Below, one piece after another: positions 25,206 through 38,218 of a DNA stretch of 64,000 bases. The stretch comes from Chiloscyllium plagiosum. Its lineage: Eukaryota. Both the position numbers and the translations under genes were made by a program. The notes beneath the pieces were generated by a model. That model saw only the letters and a program-made list of their open reading frames with translations. It was not told the DNA's origin and searched no databases. The DNA is taken from positions 7,677,117-7,741,116 of the forward strand of contig NC_057720.1 of the NCBI RefSeq assembly GCF_004010195.1. Direction: 5' to 3'. How positions within the stretch are numbered: the stretch's first letter is position 1; each line of letters begins with the position of its first letter.

Positions 25206-25248
25206 TGAAAAAAAATCTAATCAATGATTGACGTCAAGCTTTCATCTG

Positions 25249-25374
25249 ATTCAGTCCCATCCCTGGACTCTCAGGTCATAGCTAACATGTGCTTTTGCCG
25301 TGCAAATTAAATTTAATTTGAACAGCAAAAGCATATGTTAGCTATGACCTGAGAGTCCAGGGATGGGATTGAAT
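25249..25374. repeat. 126-bp palindrome with no spacer
   Basis: Arms of 63 bp with 4 mismatches, centre CAAATTAAA|TTTAATTTG between 25311 and 25312. Confidence 0.97.
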
Positions 25375-26839
25375 GGGTAACATGAGACGTCGCCTACTGA
25401 GAAGGTGGCCCTCACAAAAGAAAACTTTTAAATAGCAAGAATAGTCAGAGCATTACCAATCAGGATAATGGTGCTTTCTGGATTCCACAAAACCCCTCAA
25501 ACGAGGGCTAGTGAGGGTTCCACGGGAAACTGGGAATCCAACTTACTGCTACCAAACTGCACCTCCCCCTCCAGTATAATCTCCAACCCATCCATGCTAT
25601 AATAGAGGCAAAGACTGCTCTGTCAACTTTTAAGCACAGGGTAATTGGCTTGCTTTCTACATGCCTCACTTGACAGCTGCAGAAATATCTGCTTATTGAT
25701 GTAGCTTGTTTTCTGTGGGGAATCTGTTTAAAACCGGTTTAGCTCGAGTACACATTCAAAATACTAGGCTCTATTTGTCTGTATGCATTAGACTTAGTGA
25801 TTCTCCTTTCTTGGATTTTAAGACTGCAAGTACCTGAAATTGTGTTGTGATACGTTAGTGAATGAAGCATTAACCTTTCGGTATCAGATTCCTTTTTTGC
25901 TGTTACAGATAAACAGAGCTACAAAGAAGAGAGAGATAGAGAGAGAGAAAGGCACAAGAATTAGCTCCAAGAGAGGACCAGATTAGATGGTGTGTCAAAA
26001 TACTCCTTCTAAGCTGTAAATGCTTATGTTCTTTTATTAGATATTCTGTACAGTCATGGGCAATTAAATGTCATCAGCACTTTACCATTACAAGATAATT
26101 CCAGCAGCCTAAAAAAGTGAATTTAGTTGGTTGACCTTGGTATTTAAGCTCTCTTTATATACCTTTAACTTTTTCAATGTTCACGTCTGAAATCATGATT
26201 TGGCTGCTTCACAAAACAGATATAGAATGCAAATAATAGATATTATTTTTGGTTTTGAAGAAATGTCATTGGACTCAAAATATTAACTCTGCCTCCTCTC
26301 TATGGATGTTGCCAGACCAACTGAGTTTCTCCACAATAGCATCTGATTTTTTCAGATCTTCACCATTAAACAGTTTTTTTGTGTATTTTATTTTTAGTTT
26401 GGTCCAGACGTGCTTGTGAAAGAGGAAGTCTTGTGGTTCTGTTGGTAGCATCCCTAGCTCTGAGGAGGAAATTCCAGGTTCAGGTCCTATCCCAGGATAG
26501 CCAAGGCAAGTGTGTTGAGAACATGGTCATGCAGGCTTAGTATCCTACACATACACCTTTTAAAGGGCTAATTGGCTTTCTCCTGTTCCTAGTCTCGAGG
26601 TATCATGTGACTCCAACCCAACATGTCTCCAAGTGCACTCCCTACCTAAGCTAACAAAAAAAAAATGAAGGACGAGTGTTACAATCCATTCAGACAGTCC
26701 AAGTTGCTGTGACAACATGGAGCAAAGGATAGTGATGGTAGAGTCTCCAGTACTCTTTCCATGGTGCAGCTGATTAGGAATCTTTGCTGCTCATTGACAT
26801 GCATTGGTAAGACTCCCAGGCTGGTCCTCACAAACACAG

Positions 26840-27175
26840 CTTGGCTCAGTGGTTGGTACTGCTACCTCATAATACTAGGGGCTCAGGTTCAATTCCAGCC
26901 TTGGGCTACTGCCTCGGTTGAGTTTGCACATTCTCCCAGTGTCTGCGTGGGTTCCCTCCAGGTCCTCCTGTTTCCTCCCACAATCCAAAGATGTGCAGGT
27001 TAGATGAATTGGCCGTGCTAAATTGCACATAGTGTTCAGGGATGTGTAGGTTTGGTGCATTAGTCAGGGGAAAATGTAGGGTAGGGGAATGGGTCTGGGT
27101 GGGTTACTCTTCGGTGCGTTAGTGTGAACTTGTTGGACCAAAGAGCCTGCTGCCACACTGTAGGGATTCTAATTC
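26840..27175 (+). mobile_element. HE1-like SINE
   Basis: GGCTCAGTGG head, GGTTCAATTCC B-box, standard body. Confidence 0.9.
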
Positions 27176-27861
27176 TATTAATTGGTAACATTTTGGGGAT
27201 CCAAGTTCAAATCTCAACATGGCAGATGGTGGAATTTGAGTTCAATTAAAATGGAATTAGGACTCGAATGATGGTCATCAAATCATTGAAGGTTTTTGGG
27301 AAAATCCTATCTGGTTTAGTTACAGGCTTTCGGGAAGGAAATATCCATGCTTACTTGGTTTGCCCTACATGTGATTCCAGAAAAATCAGTACAATGGTAG
27401 ACTTTTAAATGCCCTTTGGACATTGAGATGGGAAATAAATATTGGTCTCGTCAACAATGCCTATGTCCCATGAATGAATAAAAAAAAATCCTGGAGTAGA
27501 ACTCAAGCCTGCAGCCTCTGTCTCAGAGGTAGCAATGCTAGCCAGTACACCACAGGAATTCCTTGGAAGATTAGAACGTAGTAGCTAATTGGATAATCAT
27601 CAATTGTTAGTCAAACACCCCTTTACTACTCTTAGGACAATTTTATACCAAATGTCTTTCTGGTTGTGATATTTTTATGGTGGTATAACATGCCAATGAT
27701 CACATGCATAAAATATTGGATCTTAGTAACAGATCCCCTGAAAGAGTCAATAGCTTCATGAAAGGACAGGGGGATATTTGACCACTCTACCTCTCCTTTA
27801 CTCATAACCAACAGTAAAATGAATTGAAACTTATGAAATGAAGTGGTAAAGTGATGTGTTT

Positions 27862-28205
27862 CATGTGGCTCAGTGGTTAACACTGTTGCCTCACAAGACC
27901 AGGGACCTTGGTTTGATTCCAACTTCGGGTAACTGTCTGTGTGGAGTTTGCACATTCTCCCCGTGTCTGTGTGGGTTTCCTCTGGGTCCTCCAGTTTCTT
28001 CCCATGATCCAAAGATGTACATCTGAGGGGGGAATTGGCCATTCTAAATTTCCCATCGTATTCCACGGATGTGCAGGATAGGTGGAGTAGTCAGGGGGGA
28101 TGCAGAGATAAAGTAGGAGGTTGGTCTAGTTGGAATGCTCTTTAGAGAGTTGGTGTTGATGCAATGGGCTGAATGGCCTGTTCCCGCACTACAGGGATTT
28201 TATGA
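27862..28205 (+). mobile_element. HE1-like SINE
   Basis: Standard head and body. Confidence 0.9.
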
Positions 28206-29179
28206 TTGTTGCAATAAATAAATGGTCTCAGCTTGTTTCAATCCAGGTTCCCTCAAGAATTAGTTTAAACCATAAAATCAAGTTGAAAATGTTTTCTTCT
28301 GATTGTTGTCAGAGTCTAATTCAAATGCTAGAATGGTTAAATGGAAAAGCTTCCTCCTCAACTCTGCCAAGACTGCATCTTGCACTCAAACCTCAGGATA
28401 GGTTCCTATTGAACTCAATCCTACACTAGTTCTATTTGTCATCCTTTGAAACAGGACGAAATTAACGCCAACTTATCAGCAGTTCTATGTTACAAACTGC
28501 TGTCCATTTGGCACTGGGTCAAAAAGCTGGAGTGCTCCATCTTACCCAATCCAGCTGGGATTCAACATCAGAGTTTACTTGTTAAAAAGGCGATAACCTC
28601 TGTGGACTAGTTCAATCAGAAACAAAAATGAAGTTAAACAAATCCAGTCTGATTGTTTGAAAAACCACCAGCAATGACATCCTTGGTTCAACAAAAATCT
28701 GCAGAGTTAATGATTTAATCTGTGCATTTCTCCTGTGGGTCAAAGGCAAAAACGTTCTCTGGGGTTTGTAGAGTTCAGCTGGGTTACAGAAAGAAATTTG
28801 AACTTGGTGCACAATGTAGCACTCAGAAACAAGAATTTGTTGCTTACTGGCTGCATAACCCATTGGACTGGATCTCCTAAAATGCTGCTTTTCGTTTTGG
28901 AAGTTCAGCCGTTGTCAAGAAATTTGAGTCAGAGTTCCTTGCTGATAGCTTCTTATTTTGTGCACTCTCCTTGTAGGAATCCTCAACTGGAACCGACCAG
29001 CTGTGTTTTGGTTACATTCTTTTTCACTATATGGTTAATTCTAAGACTTGTCCCTCCTCACTTTCACCTTCTCCCAACCATAACTGTTCACTTTGCCAAC
29101 TCTGGCTTGACATATTCTCAGTGGGTGCCATCACATCATTGTTAACCTTCACAGGAAGACTTGAGTTTGGAAGTTGGGA

Positions 29180-30075
29180 TAGAAGCATAGAATAAAGGAT
29201 AAGCTATTCACCCCTTTGCACCTGCTCTGCCATTCAATATGGTCATGGCTGATCATCTAACTCAGTCTCCTGGCCCATTTTCTCTCCATATCCTTGGATC
29301 CCTTCAACCCTATGAAATGTATCTCTCTCTTGAAAACATTTGATGCTTTGGTCTTAATTTCTTTCGCTGGCAGAGAATTCCACAGGCTCACCACTCTCTG
29401 GGTGAAGATAATTGTCCTCACCTCTTCCTAAAAGGTCTATTGCATATCCTTAGACCGTGATCCCTGTTCTGGACTGCCCGGTCAGCAGGAACACCCTTCC
29501 TGTATCTTGCCTGTCTAATCCTGCCAGAACTTTGTAGGTTTCTATGAGATTAGCCAAAATTGTCTTCCTACAATTCTGTACGGCCTTGGTGAGACTGGAC
29601 TTAGAGTACTGCATGCAGATTAGGTCTCTCTATGCAAGAGAGATATCCTTCCCATAGAAGGAATGCAATGGAGACTCACCAAGCTGATGCCAGAAATGGG
29701 GAGAGAATGGTTGGACTGGGCCTGTATTCAATACTGTTCAGAAGGATGAGAGGGTATCGGTATGAAATGTATAATTTTCTAAACAAGGCTAGGCAGACCA
29801 GACGCGGGGAGGATGCTTCCCCTGATTGGGAAGTCTAGACAAGGAACACAGTCTCGGGGTATGTGGTGGATTATTTAGTGCTAAATTGAGATGGAATTTC
29901 ATCTCTTCAAGGGTGGTAGACCCAGAAGGCTGTGGAGGCAAGAAGTTATTAAATATACTCAAGAAAGATAAATATGAACAGGGGTATGTGGAAAATGCAG
30001 GAATATGGCATTCAGATAGAGGATCAGCCATGGTGGAACAGTCTCAAAAGGCTGAATGGCCTACTCCTGCTATTT
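29180..30075. mobile_element. Two diverged CR1 3' fragments head-to-head (29180-29550 minus, 29560-30075 plus)
   Basis: CR1-type 3' UTRs at both outer ends; LGLYSILFRRMRG motif. Confidence 0.75.
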
Positions 30076-30861
30076 TCTGAGGATCATGCTGCTTCACAAC
30101 CTATCCCCTCACCCCCCCATCCCCACACCTCCCACCCCCATCCCCTTATCATTGCCCTCTACCCCTCACCTTCACCCCCACCACCCCACTCCCCCTCTTT
30201 CTCATATCTTCTCGTGCATTTCCTTCCTATGCTAATGAAAATGAAAGTAACAATGCTACAGTCAATTCGGAAGTCCAATTTGCTCCATCAAATGTACACA
30301 CATAGAACAACGGACAGTGATGGCAGAGTCTCCAACACTCTGAGGTGCAGCTGATCAGGGGTCTTTGCAGCTCATTGACGTCAATTCGCAAGACTTCCCG
30401 GTCGGTACGCTACATGCTTTGCCCCGTTTCAAACACGTCTTGGGAATGATATTATTGCTAGATTATTAATCTTTCGACCCAGGGAATGTTCTGGGACAGA
30501 GGCTCAAATCCCACAATAGCAAATAATGGATTTTGAATCCAATAAAAATGGAATTGTGAGTCTAACTATGACCACAAAACCACTGTCAGTTGTCAGGAAA
30601 CACCCATCTGTTTTAGGGGAAAAAATACTGCCATGGTTACTTGGTATAGTCTACATGTGGTTCCAGACTCTCACTACAATGATCGACTTTTAAATGCCCT
30701 CTGGGCAATTAGGGATGGGCAATAAATACTGGCTGAGTCAGAAACACCTATGCTCCATGAATTAATAAAAATAACCTGGAGTAGGACTCAAACCTGGAAC
30801 CTCTGGTAGCAATGCTCCCCGGTACGTCAGAAGAACTCCTTGGAAGTTAACAAACAAATTA

Positions 30862-31565
30862 GGGGCAGCACAGTGGCTCAGTGGTTAGCAGTGCCATCTC
30901 ACAGCACCAGGGACCTGGATTCAATCCCAGCCATGGGCGACCGTTTCCTCCCACAATCCAAAACTGTGTAAGTTGTGTGAAGTGGTCATGCTAAATTGCC
31001 CATAGTGTTCAGGGATGTGTATGTTAGGTGGATTACGTAGGGGTAAATGTAGTGTAATAAGTTCAGGGAATGGGTCAGTATGGACTTGTTGGGCTGAAGG
31101 GCCTATTTCCACACTATTTGGATTCTATAGCTAACCGGATGATCCTTAATTATTACAGAGTTATGAACTGTTACAGTGCAGGGTGCCATTCGGCCTGTCG
31201 TGACTACGCCAGTTCTAATACTAGTGTCAATCACCTGCTTTTTTCCCATACTTTAGATTAGATTAGATTATTTACAGTGTAGAAACAGGCCTTTCGGCCC
31301 AACAAGTCCACACCGACCCGCAGAAGCGCAACCCACCCAGACCCATTCCCCTACATTTAACCCCTTCACCTAACACTATGGGCAATTTAGCATGGCCAAT
31401 TCACCTAACCTGCACACCTTTAGACTGTGGGAGGAAACCGGAGCACCCGGAGGAAACCCACGCAGACACGAGGAGAATGTGCAAACTCCACACAGTCAGT
31501 CGCCTGAGGCGGGAATTGAACCCGGGTCTCTGGCGCTGTGAGGCAACAGTGCTAACCACTGCCCA
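30862..31565. mobile_element. Tail-to-tail HE1-like SINE pair (30862-31128 plus, 31254-31565 minus)
   Basis: Both match the SINE consensus; (TTAGA)n tail at 31253-31270. Confidence 0.9.
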
Positions 31566-32635
31566 CCAATTCTATTCAAGTATCCAATGCCCTCTTGATG
31601 TCTCAGCTGAACCTGCCTCCACCACAATTCCACACAAAGGCAACTTTTACTACTCCTGACATTGTCCCATACACAAGACTTATCTGACTGGCAAACAAAA
31701 AGGGTTCAAACCTGGTCATTTCAAATGATTTTATTTTTATATTTGCATCTTTAAATTTTCACTTCTGTTGGTCACAATCATGTGCTGAAAAATAAGCCTT
31801 TAATTCTTAGAGATTTCAGGGCAATCTTGATGAGTTGGTACCTCCTCTAAACTGTCTACTGGCTGCCTTGGACCTTGTACTCTCATCACTGGTAGAATAT
31901 AAGAGCTGGCACCTTGAATTGATTTACTGGCTGACCCGAGCATGCACTCGCTCAATGTCAAATAACAACTGGCTTGCATCTCAAATGTCTTTTCCGTCTT
32001 CAGAATTTGACCTTGTGTATTCTGGGACAGGGATCAGGAAGAGCAATTACTGTCATAGGGATTGACAGAATTACATATCAGGGCAGAAATAACAGTAACA
32101 ATGAAAAGTAAAATAGTTTCAGGTAAGACGACAGTAAATAAAAATTGTTAATACACAATTTTTGCAACATCATTAGTGCTCTTGTTCTGGAGGTTGTCAG
32201 GCTGGGGTTTGTAATCTTGTTCCAGAATTTATACATACAAGTTCAAATTTACTCCACTCCTGAGGGAGTTCTTCCATGTCAATATTATTGTCCTTCAGAT
32301 GAGACATAATCTGCCTGTTCAGGTGGACGCTGCACAGGGCTCCCATAAATTGCAGCTCGTGTGTATTAAGCTGGCAAATAACACATTCCCTTTCTTATTT
32401 AACTTCAGGAAGCATTACATCAGTCAACTTGCCCTATCCAACTCTCTCTTACCCACAGCCCCCCACTAACCCCTACCACCCAATCCCTTGCTCACTTTCT
32501 AGCCATGGCCTGCCATTATCAACCCAATTGCACTTCATGTCCATCTCTAATTGCCCAAAGTACAGTTAAGAATCAAGCACATTACTTTGGGTCTGGAGTC
32601 ACGTGTAGGTGAGACCCAGCAAGCATAGCAGTTTG

Positions 32636-33383
32636 TGGGTGGCACGGTGTCACAGTGGTTAGCACTGCTGCCTCACAGCGCCTGAGACCCGGGTTCAATT
32701 CCCGCCTCAGGCGACTAACTGTGTGGAGTTTGCACGTTCTCCCTGTGTCTGCGTGGGTTTCCTCCGGGTGCTCCGGTTTCCTCCCACAGTCCAAAGATGT
32801 GCAGGTCAGGTGAATTGGCCATGCTAAATTGTCCATAGTGTTAGGTAAGGGGGAAATGTAAGGGTATGGGTGGGTTGCGCTTCGGCGGGTCAGTGTGGAC
32901 TTGTTGGGCCAAAGGGCCTGTTTCCACACTGTAATGTAATCTAATCTAATCTTTCCTTCCCTAAAGGAAGGAACAACCAATGATATTTGTTATGGGCTAT
33001 AAATTTTAGACATTTAAAACGAAACTAACATCCTGTTAATTTATTTGAACCCACAGCCACAGGCCAAAGAGAATCACAGAATCCCTACAGTGCAGAAACT
33101 CATCAAGCATCACACCGACCCTCAAAACAGCATCCCAACCAGACCCACCCCATCGCTATAACCCTAGATTTATCAGCCACCTGACCTGTACATCCCTGAA
33201 CAGTATGGCTAGTTCGCCTAACCTGCACATCTTTGGATTGTGGGAGGAAACTGGAGCACCTGGAGGGAACCCACACAGACACGGGGAAATTTGTAAACTC
33301 CACATAGACAGTTGTTTGAGGGTAGAATCGAACCTGGGTTCCTGGCACTGTGAGGCAGCAGTGTTAACCACTGAGCTGCCCCA
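32636..33383. mobile_element. Tail-to-tail HE1-like SINE pair (32636-32951 plus, young; 33070-33383 minus)
   Basis: Consensus match; TAATCTAATC tail. Confidence 0.9.
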
Positions 33384-35139
33384 AATAGATTACTCATACC
33401 AAAAATCACCATCTGCCCCTTATAGATATTTTCTACTCAAACTGTTAGTGCACACCTCTGGAGCTGGTGGGATTTGAACATGGGCCTCCTGGTCCAGAGG
33501 TACAGGTAACCCCCCCCCACTACATCCCAAGAGCCCACTAAAGCAGTCATCTTGTTTGCTGTTCACCAGCCTTTGAATGTTTAAGTAATTACTTCCATGT
33601 GAGACACAGACGAGTGAATTACACAATGCAATCTTTGTTTTAAAGGAACATTATTTACAGCTTTCATTCTCGGATCGTGTAGTCATATTTTGGGTACTAT
33701 TGTGAGTGATTTGCTGATGGGGGAAGAAATGGATGGGAACTGTTGGAAGTGTCAGGCAATTCTGTCGATTATTTGAAACCTGTCTCAGGGTTGTCAAGTT
33801 GCCCTTATGGACAACAGGAACAGTGATGAAATTCTGTCAAAAACCACAGTAAACAAATATAATTCACATCATAAAAAGAATCAAGACACAAATAAACAAT
33901 GGGCAAAACATCTGCTCCCTTTACAAAAGCATTTTCTCTCTCTGATTTTGGGAATATTAACACTGGCCTACTGCCCTTGATGCAGGATCAGCTGACTGAA
34001 AATCATAATAAAATTGAAGCTCTGTGTTTTCCATTCAAACTTGCATTTGTGATGGAACTTGCAAACGTCGTGAAGTGCTTCACACTCAAGTGAATTGATA
34101 ACAGCAGTGACTGAGATGGGTAGAAGAGACAGCTATTTTGTACAGGCAAAAGTTCATTCTCATTGCTGAGAGGATTAACACTCTACATTCCTCCACAATA
34201 TTTGAGCAGAATCGATGGGCTGAACGGTTTCTCTTACATCTTATGGTCTGTTTGACATTGCTATGAAGATCAGGGAGGGACACTGTCCAGAGGACTGCGC
34301 CAATTCCTGTTTCTCGGAACCAGAGTTGCGGGATTCTCCCACGTCCATTCATCCCCATCTCTATTCCCAAAGCATTCGACTTAAATCCTCATGGAGAATC
34401 CATTGCAGTGCAGCACTCCATAAATCTTGTGGAGGCAGAGGAATGGGCTGGGAAAATAGGGGGGAGTCTCGCCGGGGACAGCCTAGTGCTGCGTTCCCGA
34501 CTATGGGATTACGCTAATGTGAGACCAGAATCTAGTCAGACATGCCTTCCAAGGTGGTAGCACATTGCCAGTTACCTTTTCTCCAGCCCCACACCCCACC
34601 CTCTCGGCACCCCCCACTTGTCAACTCTCCTGCTCCTCTGACGCTGCCTGACCAGCTGTGCTTTTCCAGCGTCACACTTTTTGACCCCAAGGTGATGGCA
34701 GCCAGTTAGTACAATTCAGGCTCTTCTTGGGGACATTTTGCTCAGGTTCCTCTGCTCAGTTGAAGAGGCCTACCAGCAAAAGACATCAGAGACTCCGAGC
34801 CCCAACGATGAGGCTTCAGGGTTTAAATGTCACAGGCCCAACCAGAGAAGGCACTTTGGGAGGTTTTACATTATTTCATAAGCCTAATACAGGAAACCAA
34901 GGGCACCTCCTTGCTGAAGCATTGTTCTGCCCACCTGCCATACTCCACCGTCCTATCCCCCCCCCCACCAACCCCCAGCCCAAACCTAGGAGGACAGTAA
35001 GCATGGAAGGTGACCATCTACAAAGCTGCTTCTCACTCTTCTGGGAGACAATGAGAAAATTCAAGAGATATATCTTCATTAGATGAGGCATTGATGATCA
35101 TAAAGCAGGCAAATGGGCTCAAGACTTTCACCAACAATG

Positions 35140-36400
35140 ATCTAACCTCCTGTCACCACAGAATTATTCTGGCACAGAAGGAGGGCACTCAAACCATCAT
35201 GCTGCCATCAATTCTATCACTGAGTGCCAATCTCCTGCCATTCCTCCATATCACTGCCCACCATTTCCAACCATATATTCATCCAATGTCCTCTTGAATG
35301 CCTCAATTGAACCTGCCTCTAACACATTTCCAGGCAGCACATGAGGATTAGCATTCCTACAGACTGGAAATAGGCCCGTCGGCCCAACAAGTCCACACTT
35401 ACTCTCCAAAGAATAACCCACTCAGACGCATTCCCCTACATTTACCTCTGACTAATAATCTACACCATAGGCAATTTAGCATGCCTAATTCATCTAACCT
35501 GCACATCTTTAGAGTGTGGGAGGAAACCCACACAGACACAGGGAGAATGTCTGTGTGGAGCTTGCACAGTCACCTGAGGCTGGAATCGAACCTGGGACCC
35601 TGGCACTGTGAGGCAGCAGTGCTAACCACTGAGCCACCATGGTTCCCCGTAATGCCCTCACTATTTACTGTGTGAAATTTTTTTTTTCTCACATCACCCT
35701 CGATTCGTTTGCAAATCATTTTAAATCTACCATATCGCAATTGTTACTTTTATGATTGGGAACAGCTTCTCTCTATTTACTCTATCCAGCCCACCAATGG
35801 ATTTGGAAACCTCCATCAAACTTCCTCTGAACGTTCCTCCTCTCCAAGGAGAGCACTCCGACAGAGTGGTGAGCCTGCGGAATTCATTACCACAGGAAGT
35901 AGTTGATGCCAAAACATTGAATACATTCAAGAGGCGGCTTGATATAGCACTTGGGTCAAAGGTTATGGAGAGAAAGCAGGACTAGGCTAATGAGTCGGAC
36001 AATCAGCTGTGATTGCGATGAATGGTGGAACAGACTCGAAGGGCCAAATAACCTCCTCCTGCTCCTATGTTTCTATTTGACAAATGAAGTTTATCATTCT
36101 TGAAGCAATTCTTGTATACTGCTTCTGCACTTTCTCCAACGCATTAAACTTTCTCCAATGCATTGACATCTTTCCTATAATGTGGCGCCCACAAGTGTAC
36201 ACAGTAGTCCAGTTGAAGTCTTGAGTGTGTTGTACAAGTTCAACATCACCTCTTTGCCCTTGTACTCTATACCCCTATTAATAAAGACGAGGACACTGTT
36301 TTATTAACTGCACTTGTTCTGCTACATTCAATGATATATGTACATATACACCCAGATTCTTCTGCTGTGCACCCCCTTTGGTCTTCACTATTTTGCATTG
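35140..36400 (-). mobile_element. Old CR1 fragment with nested HE1 SINE (35345-35642 minus) and CR1 3' end (35853-36078 plus)
   Basis: GLDRVNREKLFP on the minus strand; RVVSLRNSLPQEVVDAKTLNTFKRRLD on the plus strand. Confidence 0.75.
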
Positions 36401-36509
36401 TCTTTCAAGTGTGTATCATGATTTAAAGTCACTGCAGTGAGATTTGAATCCACATGCCTTCAGATCTAGTGGTGATTGCGATCTGACATGAATGACCGAG
36501 TCAAAGTGG

Positions 36510-37125
36510 CTTTTTTTTATTCTTTCACGGGATGAGGGTGTCTCTGGCTAAGCAGCATTTATTACCCATCCCTGATTGCCCAGAGGGCAGTGAAGAGTCA
36601 ACCACTTTGCTGTGGGTCTGGAGTCACATGTCGGCCACACCAGGAAAGGATGGCAGTTTTCTTCCCTAAAGGACATCAGTGAACCAGATGGACTTTTCCA
36701 ATAGTCAACAATGATCATCGTTAGACTCTCAAGTCCAGATTTTTTATGTTATTGAATTCAAATTCCATCATGGGGAGGTGACGGCTTAGTAGTATTATAG
36801 CTAGACATTAAGCCAGAGACCCAGATAATATCCTGGGCATCTGGGTTCCAATCCCACCATGGTAGATAGTGGAATTTGATTTGAATAAATATTTGGAATT
36901 AAGAGTCTAATGATGACCATAAATCCATTGTCAATTGTTGCAAAAACTCATTTGGTTTATTAATGTCCTTCAGGGAAGGAAACTTGCCATTCTTACCAGG
37001 TCTGGCCGACATGTGACTCCAGACCCAGAGCAATGTGGGGACTCTTTACCTGCCCTCTGGGCAATTAAGGATGTGCAGGAAATGCTGCCTGGCCAGTGAT
37101 ACCATCATCCAGTGAATGAATAAAG
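36510..37125. mobile_element. Head-to-head pair of family-2 SINEs (36510-36770 minus, 36772-37125 plus)
   Basis: GGGTCTGGAGTCACATGTCGGCCA (36614) is the inverse of TGGCCGACATGTGACTCCAGACCC (37003). Confidence 0.85.
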
Positions 37126-37175
37126 AAAAAGAAATCTGCCAGGATTCAAACTTCGTTCCTCAGAACATTGCCTTG

Positions 37176-37615
37176 GAGTCATAGAGATGTATAGCATGGA
37201 AACAAACTCTTCAGTCCAACTCGTCCATGACGACCAGATATCCGAAATTAATCTGTTCCCATTTGCCAGCACTTGGCCCATATCCCTCTTCAACCCTTCC
37301 TATTCATATACCCATTCAGATGGCTTTTAAAGGCTGCAATTGTACCAGCCTTCACCAGTTCCTCTGGCATCTCATTCCATACAAGTGCCACCCTCTGTGT
37401 GAAAAAGCTGCCCCAAAGGTCCAGTTTATATCTTTCCCCTCTCACCCTAAACCTATTCCCTCTAGTTCTGGACTCCCCCACCCCAGGGAAAAGACCTTGT
37501 CTATTTATTTTATCCATGTCCCTCAGGATTTTAAGAACTGCCACAAGGTCACCCTTCAGTCTCCAATGCTCCAGGAAAAACAGCCCTAGCCTATTCAACC
37601 TCTCTCTGTAGCTCA
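37176..37615 (-). mobile_element. CR1/HER1-like 3' fragment
   Basis: SYRERLNRLGLFFLEHWRLKGDL...FFTQRVALVWNEMPEE. Confidence 0.93.
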
Positions 37616-38068
37616 CATCTTGTTTGCCTCCAATATTATGGCATCTGGATTAACAGTACAACAGTGTTACTACAAGGCCATTGTTTCCCTCATGAGAAAC
37701 TCAGTGGACTAGTAATTTCAGAAGAACTGACCTACTGGAAAAGCACAGCAGGTCAGACAACACCCGAGAAGCAGGAGAGTCAACGTTTTGAGCCCTGGAC
37801 TTAGGCTCAGGTTGAGTGAAGGGGGGAGCATAATAGGTTCAGATCCCAAGAGATGGCAATCGATTGGAGTGAAATTCTGTCAACAGAATCTGGCATTGTT
37901 ACCTCATCTCAGTCATGGTGACCATAAAAATGATCATGGATTGTCATGAAAGCCCATCTGATCCCTAATCCATTTTGAGGGAAAGAAAGCTACCTGGTGT
38001 GGCCTCCACATGACTCCAGACCCCACAACAATGTGGCTGGCTCCTACCCTCCCTCAAGAATCATTTGG

Positions 38069-38218
38069 AATGGTCAACAAGTGCCAGCAAGGCCAGTAGC
38101 ACATGACAGGGGAGGAGAAATCTGCAAAGTGCGAGGAATCAAAATGGTCAACAAGTGCCAGCAAGGCCAGTAGCACATGACAGAAGAGGAGAAATCTGCA
38201 AAGTGCGAGGAATCAAAA
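38069..38218. repeat. 74-bp tandem duplication
   Basis: Two copies, period 74, differing at GGG versus AAG. Confidence 0.95.

Noticed and set aside
25890..25990. Plus-strand exon after ttttttgctgttacag
   Set aside because: Followed by a GA microsatellite and an early stop, with no good donor
29974..30354. Proline-rich ORF
   Set aside because: Comes from a low-complexity C-rich tract adjoining a CR1 3' UTR
31378..31659. Recurrent MGNLAWPIHLTCTSLDCGRKPEHPEETHAD ORFs as a gene family
   Set aside because: Antisense translation of the HE1-like SINE
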